A DNA stretch of 41,974 nucleotides. Source: Escherichia coli (GTDB taxonomy: Bacteria > Pseudomonadota > Gammaproteobacteria > Enterobacterales > Enterobacteriaceae). A program made the translations under genes and the position numbers. The notes beneath the pieces are model-generated. The model was not told the DNA's origin. It ran no database searches and worked only from the letters and a program-made list of their open reading frames with translations. Positions 1 to 8,491 of the stretch are shown piece by piece (within the stretch, counting starts at the first letter, position 1; each line of letters begins with the position of its first letter). The stretch lies in assembly GCA_026712335.1 (NCBI GenBank), contig GCA_026712335.1_4695.1. One strand, given 5' to 3'.

Positions 1-1
1 C

Positions 2-271
2 GTCAATAAGAATGCTGGGTGGGCTGAGGTCTGGAAAGGCTCTGCTGGTGGTGGTGTCTCGGTAGGTCTCTCACAGGATGTTCGTTGGAGAACCATCTGG
101 ATTCAGACCAATGGTCGCTGGAACGCCGTTCCTATTGGTGGCAATGCGGCTTACTTCATCTCGTCTGATGGTGGTTGGTTGAAGTTCACAATCTCCAACA
201 ACGGCAGAACTTTCCGTAACGACAAAGACGACCGTTCAGTCCCTACGCGAATCTTAGTTCAAAACCAATAA
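2..271 (+). CDS. 17: Tail fiber protein gp17, 3' fragment (overlap copy of 41511..41780, differs at 2 codons)
   Basis: Near-identical to the end of ORF 39855..41780; C-terminus resembles the T7 gp17 tip (KGSAGGGVSV...); stop TAA 269..271. Confidence 0.8.
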   Translation, partial: VNKNAGWAEVWKGSAGGGVSVGLSQDVRWRTIWIQTNGRWNAVPIGGNAAYFISSDGGWLKFTISNNGRTFRNDKDDRSVPTRILVQNQ

Positions 272-565
272 GGACAACATATAGACCACGGATGGTCTCA
301 ACAATAAGGAGGACACAATGTTGTCTTTAGATTTTAACANTCGCTGGAACGCCGTTCCTATTGGTGACAATGCGGCTTACTTCATCTCGTCTGCTGGTGG
401 TTGGTTGAAGTTCACAATCTCCAACAACGGCAGAACTTTCCGTAACGACAAAGACGACCGTTCAGTCCCTACGCGAATCTTAGTTCAAAACCAATAAGGA
501 CAACATATAGACCACGGATGGTCTCAACAATAAGGAGGACACAATGTTGTCTTTAGATTTTAACA
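115..565. repeat. Direct duplicate 115..339 = 341..565 with single N at 340 (scaffold overlap, probable artifact)
   Basis: Read directly: the two ~225 bp copies differ only at the two tail-fiber SNP positions; N at junction. Confidence 0.9.
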
Positions 566-750
566 ACGAGGTAGTGAAGGCTGCACCGATTGTAGGGACA
601 GGCGTAGCCGATGGTGCTGCCCGTCTGTTCTTCGGCCTGTCACTCAACGAGTGGTTCTATGTAGCCGCAATTGCCTACACAGTGGCTCAAATTGGTGCCA
701 AGGTAGTCGATGTGATTATCAAATGGAAGAAGGAGGGCAAAGATGTCTAA
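544..750 (+). CDS. 17.5: Type II holin gp17.5
   Basis: 68 aa, closely matches T7 gp17.5 (MLSLDFNNE...FGLSLNEWFYVAAIAYTV...); one TM segment; RBS AGGAGG upstream. Confidence 0.93.
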   Translation: MLSLDFNNEVVKAAPIVGTGVADGAARLFFGLSLNEWFYVAAIAYTVAQIGAKVVDVIIKWKKEGKDV

Positions 751-1012
751 CGATAAATCATTAATCCAATTCCTTGAGATGCTGGATACTGAGATGGCTC
801 AACGTATGCTGAAAGACCTTCAGGATGACGATAAGCGCACACCTCAACTGTACAACGCAATCGGGAAACTGTTAGAGCGCCACAAGTTCCAAGTCTCCAA
901 GTTACAGCCAGACCGTAACATCCTTGGTGGACTGGCAGATGGACTCGAAGAGTACCAGAACATGGTAGGTGCCGATGGTCTCACTGAAGATGAGAAGTAC
1001 ACGCTGAACTGA
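743..1012 (+). CDS. 18: Terminase small subunit gp18
   Basis: 89 aa, same length and clear similarity to T7 gp18 (SLI.FLEMLDT.MAQRML.DL...LGGLA..LEEY); start overlaps holin stop. Confidence 0.92.
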   Translation: MSNDKSLIQFLEMLDTEMAQRMLKDLQDDDKRTPQLYNAIGKLLERHKFQVSKLQPDRNILGGLADGLEEYQNMVGADGLTEDEKYTLN

Positions 1013-1020
1013 TGGAATAA

Positions 1021-1065
1021 CTCAAGGCCACTACATCTAGTGGTCTTTATGATATTTCAACACAA
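1021..1065 (+). promoter_or_regulatory. Putative RNase III processing hairpin upstream of Rz (second copy ~1227..1271)
   Basis: Hairpin of the T7 R-site type (CTCAAGG...TCTTTATGAT); position equals T7 R18.5. Confidence 0.45.
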
Positions 1066-1448
1066 CTCACGGTGACGCTACGTGAAATCTGAAAATACGG
1101 GAGGGTAGTTATGCTCAAGAATTTAAAGAGCTACGCCATAATCGCTGCGTTTGCCTTGGGTATTACCCTTGCGTATAACCACGGATATGACAAAGCTAAC
1201 ACTAAATGGGAACAGGAGGTGCACAATGAGTACGTTAAGAAANTAGTGGTCTTTATGATATTTCAACACAACTCACGGTGACGCTACGTGAAATCTGAAA
1301 ATACGGGAGGGTAGTTATGCTCAAGAATTTAAAGAGCTACGCCATAATCGCTGCGTTTGCCTTGGGTATTACCCTTGCGTATAACCACGGATATGACAAA
1401 GCTAACACTAAATGGGAACAGGAGGTGCACAATGAGTACGTTAAGAAA
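1038..1448. repeat. Direct duplicate 1038..1242 = 1244..1448 with N at 1243 (scaffold overlap)
   Basis: Read directly; duplicates the Rz start region. Confidence 0.9.
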
Positions 1449-1760
1449 GTTAAGGCGACTGAGGATAAACAGATTGCTATCAATGAAGTCTCACGACAAT
1501 ACCAAGAAGACCTTGCGGCGCTGGAAGGCAGCACTGATAGGGTCATTAATGATTTGCGTAACGATGGTAAGCGCTTGCGCGTCAAACTATCAGCCACCTC
1601 ACGAGAACTCCAAGCTAACGGTGGATGCCTCGTTGATGGTCGAGCCGAACTTGACGAAGAGTTTAGTAAGCGTCTTATCGGAGTAACTCAAAGAGGGGAT
1701 GCGTGGATTAAGGCGCTCCAAAATACAATAACTGAAATGCAATCTAAGAAGGAGAAATAA
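1317..1760 (+). CDS. 18.5: Rz-like spanin (inner-membrane subunit) gp18.5
   Basis: 147 aa; N-terminal TM helix; strong similarity to T7 gp18.5 (KWKQEVHNEYVK...YQEDLAALEGSTDR...GRAELD...GDAWI.ALQ.TI.E.Q); a duplicated start also at 1111. Confidence 0.9.
   Translation: MLKNLKSYAIIAAFALGITLAYNHGYDKANTKWEQEVHNEYVKKVKATEDKQIAINEVSRQYQEDLAALEGSTDRVINDLRNDGKRLRVKLSATSRELQANGGCLVDGRAELDEEFSKRLIGVTQRGDAWIKALQNTITEMQSKKEK
1432..1686 (+). CDS. 18.7: Rz1-like outer-membrane lipoprotein spanin gp18.7, embedded in Rz in the +1 frame
   Basis: Internal ATG of ORF 1357..1686 preceded by GGAGG; MSTLRKLR...WKAALIGSLMICV..SAC lipobox-like; matches T7 gp18.7 (SLMVEPNLT). Confidence 0.85.
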   Translation: MSTLRKLRRLRINRLLSMKSHDNTKKTLRRWKAALIGSLMICVTMVSACASNYQPPHENSKLTVDASLMVEPNLTKSLVSVLSE

Positions 1761-1761
1761 T

Positions 1762-2319
1762 ATGGCTACTACAAACTCAAGAACCCGCACACTATGGACC
1801 ATCAATGGTCGCTCGCCAGACAGTCGTGATGTGTATGACCTCAACAATATTGGTATTCGTGTTGGGCGTATCGACATCCCAGCTTCGGAGATGGTTAAGG
1901 TAGAGGGGTACTCTAAGGTTGAATACGTTGTTCAACTTAGCGATGGCACCACTGAGCAACATGCTACGTTCGAGACCCTTATGTCCACTTGGGGTGGCTC
2001 CGTCGAGTCTAAACCGGGTAGCGGGTTCATGACGGTGTTCCTGAATGAGCAAAGCGCTGAGCGACTCGGTATGGTTCGAATCGACGTATACAAAGAGTGG
2101 ACTGGTGCTGACCCTGAACCTGAAGGTGGTATGGCTTCCTTAGTTGGTGCAACGCTTTCTGCGTCTGATAGTGAATTTGGTACACAGTTCGTGGACAGCG
2201 AAGGGAAGAGCGCTTCCGTTATGTTCCAACCTAGTAACATCGACGGGGCTGTATCTAAGACCGACACTATCAAGGCTCTAGAGAAGCGCATTGCTGCCTT
2301 AGAGAAACCTGCCAAGTAA
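1762..2319 (+). CDS. Hypothetical protein (185 aa) between Rz and large terminase; no counterpart in T7 that I recall
   Basis: Clean ORF with strong RBS AAGGAG 8 nt upstream; TAATATG junction with Rz stop; no recognisable motif. Confidence 0.65.
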   Translation: MATTNSRTRTLWTINGRSPDSRDVYDLNNIGIRVGRIDIPASEMVKVEGYSKVEYVVQLSDGTTEQHATFETLMSTWGGSVESKPGSGFMTVFLNEQSAERLGMVRIDVYKEWTGADPEPEGGMASLVGATLSASDSEFGTQFVDSEGKSASVMFQPSNIDGAVSKTDTIKALEKRIAALEKPAK

Positions 2320-2334
2320 CAATAGGAGGCCACA

Positions 2335-4092
2335 ATGTCTACTCAAGCAAACAAGAATGCGCTCATCGTGGCGCAACTTAAGGGTGACTTCGTGGCCTTC
2401 CTGTTCGTCTTATGGAAGGCTCTGAACTTACCTAAACCAACCAAGTGTCAGATTGATATGGCACGTACACTCGCTAACGGCGACCACAAGAAGTTTATCC
2501 TTCAGGCGTTCCGTGGTATCGGCAAGTCCTTTATCACCTGTGCGTTCGTCGTGTGGGTCTTATGGCGAGACCCTCAACTTAAGGTTCTCATCGTGTCTGC
2601 CTCTAAGGAACGTGCTGATGCTAACTCCATCTTCATCAAGAACATCATCGACCTCCTTCCGTTCCTCTCTGAGTTGAAACCTCGACCGGGACAGCGTGAC
2701 TCCGTGATTAGCTTCGATGTTGGCTTGGCTAAACCCGACCACTCACCCTCTGTGAAGTCTGTAGGTATCACTGGTCAGTTAACTGGTAGCCGTGCTGACA
2801 TCATTATCGCAGATGACGTTGAGGTTCCCGGTAATAGCTCTACGAGTTCTGCTCGTGAGAAGCTCTGGACGTTGGTAACTGAGTTCGCTGCATTACTTAA
2901 GCCGCTGCCTACCTCTCGTGTTATCTACCTTGGCACACCTCAAACTGAGATGACGCTCTACAAGGAACTTGAGGATAACAAAGGGTACAGCACAGTAATC
3001 TGGCCAGCACAGTATCCACGTAATGACGCTGAGGCTCTCTATTATGGCGACCGACTGGCTCCTATGCTCAAGCAAGAGTATGATGAAGGCTATGAGTTAC
3101 TTCGCGGTCAACCTACTGACCCTGTTCGATTCGATATGGATGACCTCCGTGAACGTGAACTCGAATATGGTAAAGCTGGCTACACACTTCAGTTCATGCT
3201 TAACCCGAACCTTAGTGATGCCGAGAAGTACCCGCTACGACTCCGTGATGCTATCGTGTGCGCTGTGGACCCTGAACGTGCCCCATTGTCTTACCAGTGG
3301 TTGCCGAACCGTCAGAACCGCAATGAGGAACTCCCTAACGTTGGTCTGAAGGGTGACGACATCCATGCGTTCCATACGTGCTCTTCTCGTACCGCTGAGT
3401 ATCAGTCTAAGATTCTGGTCATTGACCCAAGTGGTCGTGGTAAGGATGAGACCGGGTACGCAGTCCTCTACTCACTTAATGGTTATATCTACTTGATGGA
3501 AGTCGGTGGGTTCCGTGGTGGTTACGATGATGCTACCCTAGAGAAGCTCGCTAAGAAGGCCAAGCAGTGGAAGGTACAGACAGTAGTCCACGAGTCCAAC
3601 TTCGGTGACGGTATGTTCGGTAAGATTTTCTCTCCGATTCTCCTGAAGCACCATAAGTGTGCCTTAGAGGAAATCCGTGCTAAGGGCATGAAGGAGATGC
3701 GAATCTGCGATACTATCGAACCGTTGATGGGTGCCCACAAGCTGGTCATTCGTGATGAGGTTATCCGTGAGGACTACCAGACTGCTCGTGACCTTGATGG
3801 GAAACATGATGTCCGCTACAGTGCGTTCTATCAGATGACCCGTATGACCCGTGAGCGAGGCGCTGTGGCACACGATGACCGCATTGATGCTATCGCATTG
3901 GGTATCGAGTTCCTTCGTGAAGGGATGCTTGTGGACAGCCGTGTAGGTGAAGAAGAGATGACCCTTGAGTTCCTTGAACACCACATGGAGAAACAGACCA
4001 TTGGTGGTGATGCTATCCATAGCTACGATGTTGGTGGCGTGGACATCTACTATGAGGATGATGGAGACTCTAGCTGCTTCATTGAGTGGTAA
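2335..4092 (+). CDS. 19: Terminase large subunit gp19
   Basis: 585 aa; near-collinear with T7 gp19; Walker A FRGIGKS; RBS AGGAGG. Confidence 0.97.
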   Translation: MSTQANKNALIVAQLKGDFVAFLFVLWKALNLPKPTKCQIDMARTLANGDHKKFILQAFRGIGKSFITCAFVVWVLWRDPQLKVLIVSASKERADANSIFIKNIIDLLPFLSELKPRPGQRDSVISFDVGLAKPDHSPSVKSVGITGQLTGSRADIIIADDVEVPGNSSTSSAREKLWTLVTEFAALLKPLPTSRVIYLGTPQTEMTLYKELEDNKGYSTVIWPAQYPRNDAEALYYGDRLAPMLKQEYDEGYELLRGQPTDPVRFDMDDLRERELEYGKAGYTLQFMLNPNLSDAEKYPLRLRDAIVCAVDPERAPLSYQWLPNRQNRNEELPNVGLKGDDIHAFHTCSSRTAEYQSKILVIDPSGRGKDETGYAVLYSLNGYIYLMEVGGFRGGYDDATLEKLAKKAKQWKVQTVVHESNFGDGMFGKIFSPILLKHHKCALEEIRAKGMKEMRICDTIEPLMGAHKLVIRDEVIREDYQTARDLDGKHDVRYSAFYQMTRMTRERGAVAHDDRIDAIALGIEFLREGMLVDSRVGEEEMTLEFLEHHMEKQTIGGDAIHSYDVGGVDIYYEDDGDSSCFIEW

Positions 4093-4179
4093 TAGATAAG
4101 TATGCGGGAAAGGTGCATAGGTAAGCACTTAGTACCGCTACGTTACCGTTAAGTAACTTACTGATATACATGAAGAAAT

Positions 4180-4202
4180 TAATACGACTCACTATTGGGA
4201 AG
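4180..4202 (+). promoter_or_regulatory. Phage RNAP promoter (phiOR-like)
   Basis: TAATACGACTCACTATT GGGAAG; 17/17 to the internal consensus. Confidence 0.8.
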
Positions 4203-4358
4203 GGCACCCTAAGACAACTTAAAGACACTTAAAGACTGCATATGCAAAGTGCATACTTAGTGACTAACTCTTAGAGACCTTACAGTGAGGGATGATGGTA
4301 ATAGTAATTACATCCCTACTATCAGTGTAACCATCAAGTATAACAAGGAGGACGCTCT

Positions 4359-4514
4359 ATGCGCTTACTATCCGTGCTCAAGACACTGGCAACGCATCGA
4401 GTGACCTACAAATTTCTCGTTGTACTTGCTGCTTCCATTGGCCTCGCATCTAGTGCTGAACACATCGGTGAACTGGAGACTCTGCTTTGTTCTCTACTCA
4501 CTTGTGTTTCTTAG
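4359..4514 (+). CDS. Small hypothetical protein (51 aa), gene 19.5 position
   Basis: ATG with strong RBS AAGGAGG; downstream of phiOR-like promoter; below the ORF-track size cutoff. Confidence 0.5.
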   Translation: MRLLSVLKTLATHRVTYKFLVVLAASIGLASSAEHIGELETLLCSLLTCVS

Positions 4515-4589
4515 ACTACTCATTGGCGCTTAGTGCGCTCTTAGTGATTATGGTCGATATTCATCTTCCCTATAATCACTGTAAGAAGT

Positions 4590-5060
4590 CAACTCTAAGA
4601 GTAACCCTTATGTACCCTCTATGGTCTACAGGGTCTCTTAGGGTCTCTCACGTAGTCTCACCTTATGATATAGCCTCTGTGGTTAACCTTATGAGACTTG
4701 ATGTACCCCTTTAAGAATCCTACAGAAAAATCTGAGTGAGTATCTCATAGTTCATAAACACCGAGTCCCCCCCCCTATGGCCTCCTTCAGTCCACCCAAA
4801 GAGCCTTCCTCTATGGTAACTCATGGTTTACCTGAAGTCAATCCTTTTGTGAGACATTGGGTTAACTCTAGGTGTAACCACTAGATATTGTGCTTAGTGA
4901 TACCTTATGACCACTATATGTAGTCCTCTCTGTGTCCCTATCTGTAAGTGACCCTAGAGTTATCACCTTATGTCACCTCCTTATGTCTATCCTTATGGCT
5001 GCCTATCCTTATGTTAACCTTCAGTCAGTGCCTTATGTTTATCAGTGACCAATAGGCTTC
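4590..5060. repeat. Terminal-region array of CCTTATG heptamers (at least 8 copies), analogous to the CCTAAAG array at T7 ends
   Basis: Read directly: ACCTTATGA, CACCTTATG, TCCTTATG (x3), GCCTTATG etc.; noncoding; contains a T7 left-end-like motif TCTCATAG at 4743. Confidence 0.7.
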
Positions 5061-5443
5061 GTCACAAAGGGAAATCACTATCTCACTCTGTTTAGCAGTC
5101 CCTGNCCCCCCCCCTATGGCCTCCTTCAGTCCACCCAAAGAGCCTTCCTCTATGGTAACTCATGGTTTACCTGAAGTCAATCCTTTTGTGAGACATTGGG
5201 TTAACTCTAGGTGTAACCACTAGATATGGTGCTTAGTGATACCTTATGACCACTATATGTAGTCCTCTCTGTGTCCCTATCTGTAAGTGACCCTAGAGTT
5301 ATCACCTTATGTCACCTCCTTATGTCTATCCTTATGGCTGCCTATCCTTATGTTAACCTTCAGTCAGTGCCTTATGTTTATCAGTGACCAATAGGCTTCG
5401 TCACAAAGGGAAATCACTATCTCACTCTGTTTAGCAGTCCCTG
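4767..5443. repeat. Direct duplicate 4767..5104 = 5106..5443 with N at 5105, beginning at a C9 homopolymer (scaffold overlap or doubled terminal repeat)
   Basis: Read directly; copies differ by one SNP (T at 4889 vs G at 5228). Confidence 0.85.
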
Positions 5444-5516
5444 AGTGATGAGAGGGACAAGTAGAATCGACTGAGTGCCTATAGTGCCTTAAAGGTGGCT
5501 GATAGTCAATAGCCTT

Positions 5517-5539
5517 TAATGCGACTCACTATTGAGGAA
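5517..5539 (+). promoter_or_regulatory. Phage RNAP promoter-like element (phiOL-like, origin-associated)
   Basis: TAATGCGACTCACTATT GAGGAA; deviates at -13 and +2. Confidence 0.6.
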
Positions 5540-5570
5540 TAGCTAATACTGGTCATCCTCTCTTTATGTC

Positions 5571-5600
5571 CACTATAAGAGACTATAAGAGACTATAAGA
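5571..5600. repeat. Tandem 10-bp repeat (C/G)ACTATAAGA x3 downstream of the phiOL-like promoter
   Basis: Read directly; position corresponds to the T7 primary origin region. Confidence 0.7.
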
Positions 5601-5640
5601 CCACTTAAAGAGAGACTTTGAGATTCTTTAAGATTGAGGG

Positions 5641-5669
5641 TTGACATTGATAATAGCTTATGAGACTAT
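5641..5669 (+). promoter_or_regulatory. Putative host sigma70 early promoter (A1-like)
   Basis: -35 TTGACA at 5641; 17-nt spacer; weak -10 GACTAT. Confidence 0.45.
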
Positions 5670-5775
5670 AGCAACCGTTGAGAGACACAGCGCTACCAAC
5701 CACTAGACAAGACCTAGAGTTATCTGGTGAGGCGGGAATGTCTCAAGTAGTCATCAACCAGACACACGAAAGTGG

Positions 5776-5804
5776 TTGACTCAACGAAAGCAATAACGTA
5801 GTAT
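5776..5804 (+). promoter_or_regulatory. Putative host sigma70 early promoter (A2-like)
   Basis: -35 TTGACT, 17-nt spacer, -10 TAGTAT. Confidence 0.65.
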
Positions 5805-5814
5805 AGCAGTCGTC

Positions 5815-6267
5815 AACAACTGGTCGCCCTCTGAAACAACATGAGGTGTCACGGTGAGAAACAAAAGTAGTTGACAAGTAGCAACAACAAGATGTAAGAT
5901 GTACGACATAACGTTCTTGTGAAGTCCTACACTGAAAGGGACTCGGTGCTAACAAACCTGCACTTAAAGCTCTTTAACAATTTGGTGACAATAGCACTCT
6001 TGAGATGGCGGCACTAGCGATTAACTCAAGGTGACTCGAANAACAACTGGTCGCCCTCTGAAACAACATGAGGTGTCACGGTGAGAAACAAAAGTAGTTG
6101 ACAAGTAGCAACAACAAGATGTAAGATGTACGACATAACGTTCTTGTGAAGTCCTACACTGAAAGGGACTCGGTGCTAACAAACCTGCACTTAAAGCTCT
6201 TTAACAATTTGGTGACAATAGCACTCTTGAGATGGCGGCACTAGCGATTAACTCAAGGTGACTCGAA
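5815..6267. repeat. Direct duplicate 5815..6040 = 6042..6267 with N at 6041 (scaffold overlap)
   Basis: Read directly; duplicates the A3-like promoter. Confidence 0.9.
5871..5900 (+). promoter_or_regulatory. Putative host sigma70 early promoter (A3-like; duplicate copy at 6098..6127)
   Basis: -35 TTGACA, 18-nt spacer, -10 TAAGAT. Confidence 0.65.
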
Positions 6268-6292
6268 AGAGAAGCCTTTATGATAATCACTG
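6247..6292 (+). promoter_or_regulatory. Putative RNase III site (R0.3-like)
   Basis: AACTCAAGGTGACTC...GCCTTTATGATAATCAC hairpin, same family as T7 R0.3. Confidence 0.5.
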
Positions 6293-6315
6293 TAACCAAC
6301 ATCGAGGCAATCATC

Positions 6316-6774
6316 ATGATTCACACTAAAGAGCAAGCTAATGTTTTCTATGTACTGGTAAGCGCATTCCGTTCTAACCTCGACGATGAGGTCAACATGA
6401 GTCGCCACCGCCACATGGTTAACAACCTGCGCAACGCACCGGGTCTTTATGGTAGCGTTGAGTCTACCGATTTAACTGGCTGTTACCGCGAAGCCATCTC
6501 AAGTGCACCAACTGAAGAGAAAACAATCCGTGTACGTTGTAAAGACAAGGCACAGGTTCTCAATGTCGCACGTCTGGCATGTAATGAGTGGGAACAAGAT
6601 TGCGTGCTGGTCTATAAATCACAGACTCACACGGCTGGCTTAGTGTACGCTAAAGGCATCGACGGGTACAAAGCTGAACGTCTACATGGTAGCTTCCAAG
6701 AAGTCCCACGCACCGAGGCACTGAAAGGCTGCTTCACTATTGATGAGTTCGGTCGCCGCTGGCAAGTACAGTAA
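6316..6774 (+). CDS. 0.3: S-adenosylmethionine hydrolase/lyase (T3-type gene 0.3, anti-restriction)
   Basis: 153 aa from the internal ATG with RBS GAGG; strong match to T3 SAMase as recalled (ANVFYVLVSAFRSNL...YKSQTHTAGLVYAKGIDGYKAERL...FTIDEFGRRWQVQ); unrelated to T7 Ocr. Confidence 0.85.
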   Translation: MIHTKEQANVFYVLVSAFRSNLDDEVNMSRHRHMVNNLRNAPGLYGSVESTDLTGCYREAISSAPTEEKTIRVRCKDKAQVLNVARLACNEWEQDCVLVYKSQTHTAGLVYAKGIDGYKAERLHGSFQEVPRTEALKGCFTIDEFGRRWQVQ

Positions 6775-6780
6775 GTGATA

Positions 6781-6826
6781 AACTCAAGGTCGCTCAATAT
6801 GAGTGGCCTTTCATGATTATCATTTA
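6781..6826 (+). promoter_or_regulatory. Putative RNase III site
   Basis: AACTCAAGGTCGCTC...GTGGCCTTTCATGATTATCA hairpin. Confidence 0.55.
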
Positions 6827-6847
6827 ACATGCAATAGGACTAACACC

Positions 6848-7048
6848 ATGAGTAAACTTCTGGCAACATCTAAAATCAAAGGTCAATGCACTGTAACACT
6901 GCGAGAGTATGATCACGGGGCAATGGGTAGCACCTACGTTGTACGATACGGTAAACAAGTCACGCATTGGGTGAACGAGGTTTTGGCGCAGGAAGAATAC
7001 CAAGCCTGCGTGATACACCAAGCAACATGTGCAGGCTGGAATGACTGA
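6848..7048 (+). CDS. Hypothetical early protein (66 aa)
   Basis: Internal ATG of ORF 6803..7048; lies between RNase III sites in the early region. Confidence 0.5.
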   Translation: MSKLLATSKIKGQCTVTLREYDHGAMGSTYVVRYGKQVTHWVNEVLAQEEYQACVIHQATCAGWND

Positions 7049-7093
7049 TGGCGCGATTTGCACGCACTGGACAATAGCCTTTTAGTCTAACCA

Positions 7094-7140
7094 GTGATAA
7101 ACTCAAGGTCGCTCCTAGCGAGTGGCCTTTATGATTATCA
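7094..7140 (+). promoter_or_regulatory. Putative RNase III site
   Basis: AAACTCAAGGTCGCTCCTAGCGAGTGGCCTTTATGATTATCAC, identical in form to the T7 R0.5 hairpin. Confidence 0.6.
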
Positions 7141-7169
7141 CTTTTGAAACAACGCACGGGATTAATATC

Positions 7170-7307
7170 ATGCTGAAACATTACGTTATGCCTATCCATA
7201 CCAAGAACGGCGCTACAGTTTGCACACCTGATGGCTTCGCAATGAAACAGCGAATCGAACGCCTTAAGCGTGAACTGCGCACCAACCGCAAGCTCAACAA
7301 CATCTAA
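7170..7307 (+). CDS. gp0.6-like small early protein
   Basis: 45 aa MLKHYVMPIHTKNGATVCTPDGFAMKQRIERLKREL... matches T7 gp0.6A as recalled. Confidence 0.7.
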   Translation: MLKHYVMPIHTKNGATVCTPDGFAMKQRIERLKRELRTNRKLNNI

Positions 7308-7332
7308 ATCTAACTAAATAGGACACAATCTA

Positions 7333-8418
7333 ATGAACTACACCGACATTCAGGCACGTCTGGAAATCATCAAGTCTCTTCCGATTAGTGACTTGGACAA
7401 GCGCCAGCCTCTTCTGGTTGCACTGGCTGCTGACATCGTGAACGGTGAAACATGCGATGGTAACGATACAAACGGGTCGCAGTGTCTTGAGTATCAGGAC
7501 TGGTGGAACACCTTGGGCGCTCTCATGCGTGATGCAGGTTTTCGTATGTTGGGTAATGGTCATTTTAGTGCGGCCTACTCGCACGAAATGTTACCGGGTC
7601 GAGTCATCAAGGTTGGCTTTAAGAAAGAGGATTCAGGCGCAGCATACACTGCATTCTGTAGGATGCACCAAGGCCGAGCGGGTATCCCTAACATCTATCA
7701 CGTAGCACGTCATGCAGGTTGCTATACGGTCGTACTGGACCGCTTACATAGCTGTGACGACGATAATTATGACCATGAGGTATACGCTGACCTCGCACGT
7801 TACTTTGTGGAGTCGGATTGCCATGACGCAAGCGACTTTGCACCGGGTGACTACGAGTTCATCGAGACTTGCAAAATGATTCGTGAGTTCTTCAAAGGGA
7901 TTGCATCTTTCGACATGCACAGCGGGAACATTATGTTCGACGATAACGATGTTCCGTACATCACTGACCCAGTCAGCTTCTCACATGACCGTGAACGTGA
8001 GGACGGTTTCCCTCTGGACCCTGAAGCACTGCTGGCCGAGGTCGAGGCTGTAGCGCAAGAACGCATGATTGAACGATGTCGCAACCGCAAGGCCAAGCGT
8101 GACCCTAACGGCTCCTTTCAGGTTAACCGCAAGGCCGCAATGAAACGCCGCAAGCGTAACCGTAAGTTACACGTCAAAGGTATGGCACAGTTTGTTAAAG
8201 GTCGCATCGAACGCAGGGCCATTGATAGGAACGAACGCCGCGCTGAGATGCTCATGGGGTCTGCATGGAATAACTTCTGGTTCCGCAATGGTCCCTCAGC
8301 GGCACGCAAGGTTGAACAAGTGAACGGCCTCAAGTGGCAACTAGGGGACCGCCTAGCAATCCAAGCGGGTCTCCCTCTGAACATTGACAAGTTACTTGAC
8401 GCACAACTGCAAGGCTGA
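7333..8418 (+). CDS. 0.7: Serine/threonine protein kinase / host shutoff protein gp0.7
   Basis: 361 aa; collinear with T7 gp0.7 (GNGHFSAAYSH...VIKVGFKKEDSGAAYTAFCRM...FDMHSGNIMF...VPYITDPVSFS). Confidence 0.93.
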   Translation: MNYTDIQARLEIIKSLPISDLDKRQPLLVALAADIVNGETCDGNDTNGSQCLEYQDWWNTLGALMRDAGFRMLGNGHFSAAYSHEMLPGRVIKVGFKKEDSGAAYTAFCRMHQGRAGIPNIYHVARHAGCYTVVLDRLHSCDDDNYDHEVYADLARYFVESDCHDASDFAPGDYEFIETCKMIREFFKGIASFDMHSGNIMFDDNDVPYITDPVSFSHDREREDGFPLDPEALLAEVEAVAQERMIERCRNRKAKRDPNGSFQVNRKAAMKRRKRNRKLHVKGMAQFVKGRIERRAIDRNERRAEMLMGSAWNNFWFRNGPSAARKVEQVNGLKWQLGDRLAIQAGLPLNIDKLLDAQLQG

Positions 8419-8427
8419 TAAGGTGTA

Positions 8428-8470
8428 TCTTCAAGGTCGGCACTGACTGCTGGCCTTTATAGATAAACTT
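8428..8470 (+). promoter_or_regulatory. Putative RNase III site (R1-like)
   Basis: Hairpin TTCAAGGTCGGCACTGACTGCTGGCCTTTATAGATAAAC upstream of gene 1. Confidence 0.55.
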
Positions 8471-8491
8471 TCTTAACAACGTGAGGCAACA

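Noticed and set aside
4487-4714. 75-aa + strand ORF in the terminal region
   Set aside because: No RBS; it lies in the heptamer-repeat packaging region, which is noncoding in T7-like phages; composition is atypical.
4590-5060. Heptamer repeat array as a CRISPR array
   Set aside because: Repeats are 7 bp with irregular short spacers and no cas genes or leader. This matches T7-type terminal repeats, not CRISPR.
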